Shown in pieces: positions 59,938-64,000 of a DNA stretch of 64,000 nt. Under the pieces are notes generated by a model. That model worked only from the letters and a program-made list of their open reading frames with translations, did no database searches and was not told the DNA's origin. Position numbers and translations under genes: made by a program. Where the stretch lies: contig OZ210884.1 of the NCBI GenBank assembly GCA_964658305.1, positions 3,782,001 to 3,846,000 on the forward strand, written 5' to 3'. Position 1 is the first letter of the stretch. Each line of letters starts with the position of its first letter. Source of the stretch: Leptogorgia sarmentosa. Lineage: Eukaryota.

Positions 59938-60680
59938 CCTTACTGGACCTCTAGGAAGAACAGTTTAGAACTGATAGAGCTATCCAGTATAAATAGTTTA
60001 GTTTAGTATAGGTTTCCTCGTGTAGTAATACTGGATTCAATAAGAGATGATCCTTACTGGACCGCTAGGAAGAACAGTTTAGAACTGATAGAGCTATCCA
60101 GTATAAATCAAAAGTTAGTTTAGCTTAGTACTTACAGTTTAGCCTCTTCTTCCATTTGCTTTCTCCTTTGTTCTTTTTCTTCCCTTTTCTTTCGTTCCAG
60201 TTTCATCTGCTCTCGGATTTTTCTCAACTTTCTCCTCCTCTTCGCGTTTCTTCTGCAGTTCTTTCTGTTTCTGCAGGTCCACGAGCTACTTGTCTACTTT
60301 AGCCTCCAGGCCTCTCGATCTGATCACATGTCAGAATCGTGCTCTGCAATGAACGTTCACCCAAATGAGTTTCTTTAACCTAAAATGTAACTTCGACATT
60401 TGTTTCCTTACCTTAATTTCCTTGATTGCTGTTGCCAGTTCTTTCTCGATGTCGGCAATTTGTTTACTCAGAACTTTCTTGTCAGTTTTTAAACCGGAAA
60501 CTGAAACAGAACGAAAGGTCCTGTAAGGATCATCTCTTATTGATCCAGTGTTACTACAGGAGGAAACCTAAACTTAACTAACTTTATTTATACTGCATAG
60601 CTCTATCAGTTCTAAACTGTGCTTCCCTGAGGTCCAGTAAGGATCATCTCTTATTGATCCAGTGTTACTACAGGAAGGAA
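59938..60680. mobile_element. Foldback-like element: inverted arms built of 114-bp tandem units enclosing a spliced coiled-coil gene fragment
   Basis: CCTTACTGGACC repeats at 59938 and 60052. The reverse-complement units (GTAAGGATCATCTCTTATTG) lie at ~60523 and ~60637. Confidence 0.6.
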
Positions 60681-60740
60681 TCTGAAATGTGCACGTAATA
60701 TTTCTTTACCAATGGTGTTCATTGTTTCCAGTCGAGAATG

Positions 60741-63700
60741 CACTGCAAAAAATCCATTTCTGGATATGAGTAAAATGACTCAAAAATTGAGTCAGGATGC
60801 TCACGTTTTGAGTGAATTGAAATTGTTACTCAGATAGCTGAGTAAAAATACTCGCATCTGAGAGTAAGCACTATTTGCGAGTAATTTTACTCAATCATGC
60901 GAGTAATACAATACTCACTATATTGAGTAAAAATTCATCTTGAGTCATTTTAACCAACAACATGAGTAAATTGACTCAAAAGGATGAATATTTACTCAAC
61001 CGCAAAAACAATACTCAAAAATTTGAGTAATTTGAACTATATTACTCAAAAGTTGAGTAAAGTCAACAAAATGTCAAAACAAGTTACTCACAGATATCCA
61101 CGATATGAGTAACTTTACTCACAGCTACGCATGACATGAGTAACTTTACTCACAGCTACTCATGACATGAGTAAGTTCACTCACAGCTACCATGACATGA
61201 GTAACTTTACTCACAGCTACCACGACATGAGTAACTTTACTCACAACTACCATGACATGAGTAACTTTACTCACAGCTACGCATGACATGAGTAACTTTA
61301 CTCACAGCTACGCATGACATGAGTAACTTTACTCACAGCTACGCATGACATGAGTAACTTTACTCACAGCTACTCATGACATGAGTAACTTTACTCACAG
61401 CTACTCATGACATGAGTAACTTTACTCACAGCTACGCATGACATGAGTAACTTTACTCACAGCTACTCATGACATGAGTAAGTTCACTCACAGCTACCAT
61501 GACATGAGTAACTTTACTCACAGCTACCACGACATGAGTAACTTTACTCACAACTACCATGACATGAGTAACTTTACTCACAGCTACGCATGACATGAGT
61601 AACTTTACTCACAGCTACGCATGACATGAGTAACTTTACTCACAGCTACGCATGACATGAGTAACTTTACTCACAGCTACTCATGACATGAGTAACTTTA
61701 CTCACAGCTACTCATGACATGAGTAACTTTACTCACAGCTACTCATGACATGAGTAACTTTACTCACAACTACCATGACATGAGTAACTTTACTCACAGC
61801 TACGCATGACATGAGTAACTTTACTCACAACTACCATGACATGAGTAACTTTACTCACAGCTACTCATGACATGAGTAACTTTACTCACAGCTACGCATG
61901 ACATGAGTAACTTTACTCACAACTACCATGACATGAGTAACTTTACTCACAACTACCATGACATGAGTAACTTTACTCACAACTACCATGACATGAGTAA
62001 CTTTACTCAGAGCTACGCATGACATGAGTAACTTTACTCACAGCTACGCATGACATGAGTAACTTTACTCACAACTACCATGACATGAGTAACTTTACTC
62101 ACAGCTACTCATGACATGAGTAACTTTACTCACAGCTACGCATGACATGAGTAACTTTACTCACAGCTACTCATGACATGAGTAACTTTACTCACAGCTA
62201 CGCATGACATGAGTAACTTTACTCACAACTACCATGACATGAGTAACTTTACTCACAGCTACGCATGACATGAGTAACTTTACTCACAGCTACTCATGAC
62301 ATGAGTAACTTTACTCAGAGCTACGCATGACATGAGTAACTTTACTCACAGCTACGCATGATATGAAGATTGCCATCGTTGCATATACGTAAAAATTTGC
62401 ATAACTGCCAACATGAACCAATCAGTGAGTCCCAAAGGGATACCGTTGAGTCACATAATTGTCTATTCGGCACCTGGAATCCTACACGTGTATCCTGCTT
62501 CGTGTTCAGAGCAAAGTTTCTTGTGGTCGAAGACCCGCTTATACTACCAAAAGTTAAGCTTTTTTAAATCTCGCTATTATGGAGCAAGTCCAGGAATGTT
62601 TGAAAAAAAATGGTTTTGAAGAATATCGTGACAGATTCCTTGGTAAGTTGTTGTGGAATAATGTATTAATGCGCTACTTAAGGCGAAGCACGTTTGTCTA
62701 TATATCTGCCGATTAACGGTGCCGAGTATTGATGTTTTAAGCCTAGTTATAGGTTTGTGTTTTTGAAATACGTTCTGCTTTGTTTATTTGTGAAAACGGA
62801 ATTTGCAATTGTGACTGTGTGCCAGCCGAAATACCGTATAAGCGGTATAATCAAAGGAGTTTGATGTCACTAAACACCATGAGCAGTGGTTGCTAGTAAT
62901 CTATGGTAATCACTCAACTAGCTGCATGATGCTATAAATTACCTGCATAACAAAGAAATTCTTCATAATGACATAAAGTATAGACATATTACTTGTAATC
63001 TGCTCGCGTTTGTGTTGCCCAATACTTATTGACTTTGGTAAGGCATGTCTTATCAATAAAGCAAAAAAGAAAGCTCAGACTCTTGAGGAACAACAATCAC
63101 AAATATCACAGTCATATTGCTCCGGAAGCAGTCGATGGTACACACACACCCTGAGTTAAAAATGATATTTACTCTGTTTATATTGTCGTTTCAAAGATTT
63201 ATAGCCGTTGCAAGTGCCGACCTTTTGCGAGGAGATGTTTAGAAAAATTCCCTTCCAAGTGTGATACAGAGCAGTTAATGGCGCTTGTGAACAGTTCAAA
63301 GAGTTAAACTGATATACATGCACTGCATGTAACAGTATAATATGCATGTGCTTGATAGTGTACTTCACCATGCAATTCAGTTATTAAATTAACATTCTGT
63401 AATAACAGTATACATGCAAAGTAAACAGACAGTCCTGAAATAAATATCTTAGTATAGGACATTTTACTATATGTTGTCATATCACATATGCATGTGATTT
63501 GTTGCAAACAACTCCGCATTCGTGATAAATCTACACATAACTCAATCTCGGCACCTATATTTTGCGTTTTAGGAGGAATCCACGGTTGAGGAAATCGTCG
63601 AAGGTGATCGGAAAGATTACCCAAAAATTTTTATCAAAGGTGACTGCCGAACACCCGAACGAGTTGTCATTGTGGCAGAACGCACAGTGTTGTTCTCGGT

Positions 63701-64000
63701 GGAAAGTGTGGAATCGTCAAAGCAACTTTATAAAGCACTGCTGGAAACGTATTACGTATTTATGTTTGAGTATCCTCAAATACTGAACAACTTTTATTTA
63801 TATTTGCAAAAATGCGTTTTAAATATACAGGATGGGAAAAAACGTCCTGCAGCAATTGTAAATTTTGTTAACGATATGGATTAAAGGATTTGTATTACAA
63901 ATAACTGTTGGACTGGTACTTGTACTGCATGGCTTTTAGGAAGGAAATTGGTCAGTATAAGTGAGTAAAATTTTGATTTTCCTGGTGCGTTTTCTGTGAG
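60741..64000 (+). mobile_element. CACTA/EnSpm-like DNA transposon, left end (runs off the window)
   Basis: Begins CACTGCAAAAAAT, followed by dense subterminal TGAGTAA/TTACTCA motifs in both orientations. It contains a SAMD3-like C-terminal ORF (YYVFMFEYP..LNNFYLYLQ) at 63672-63884. The right end is not seen. Confidence 0.6.
61105..62365 (+). repeat. 30-31 bp palindromic minisatellite ATGAGTAACTTTACTCACAGCTAC(G/T)CATGAC, about 41 units
   Basis: Head-to-tail units with the internal dyad TGAGTAA-CT-TTACTCA and only a handful of variants. Confidence 0.97.

Noticed and set aside
61105..62365. CRISPR-like array of palindromic ~31-bp repeats
   Set aside because: There are no unique spacers (only about six recurring variants), no cas genes, and the context is eukaryotic.

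Overview
Eukaryotic, AT-rich and intron-rich animal DNA. An invertebrate origin (possibly cnidarian) is my inference from the repeat landscape, not something the sequence proves. From ~16 kb to ~59.5 kb is an ordinary gene-dense block that can be spliced by hand: GPATCH4 (-), nucleobindin (+), cyclophilin B-like (-), ARL1 (-), COMTD1-like O-methyltransferase (+), a MYND/DUF4470-like gene with an in-frame TGA (+) and a PTTG1IP-like gene (+). MITEs, hairpin elements and Penelope remnants lie in its introns. The window ends inside a CACTA/EnSpm-like element carrying a 30-31 bp palindromic minisatellite. The unusual part is 1.0-14.4 kb, a tandem array of ~2.1-2.2 kb units, each carrying a compact, virus/Polinton-like three-gene cassette. 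Gene 1 is a 4-exon, 76-aa mini-RING gene that the ORF track misses; its exons differ far more between variants than its introns do. Gene 2 is a frameshifted protein with a bZIP-like basic region and an acidic tail. Gene 3 is a frameshifted DEDD-type exonuclease with an E-C-H-C motif. Family assignments come from motif recognition only; no searches were run.
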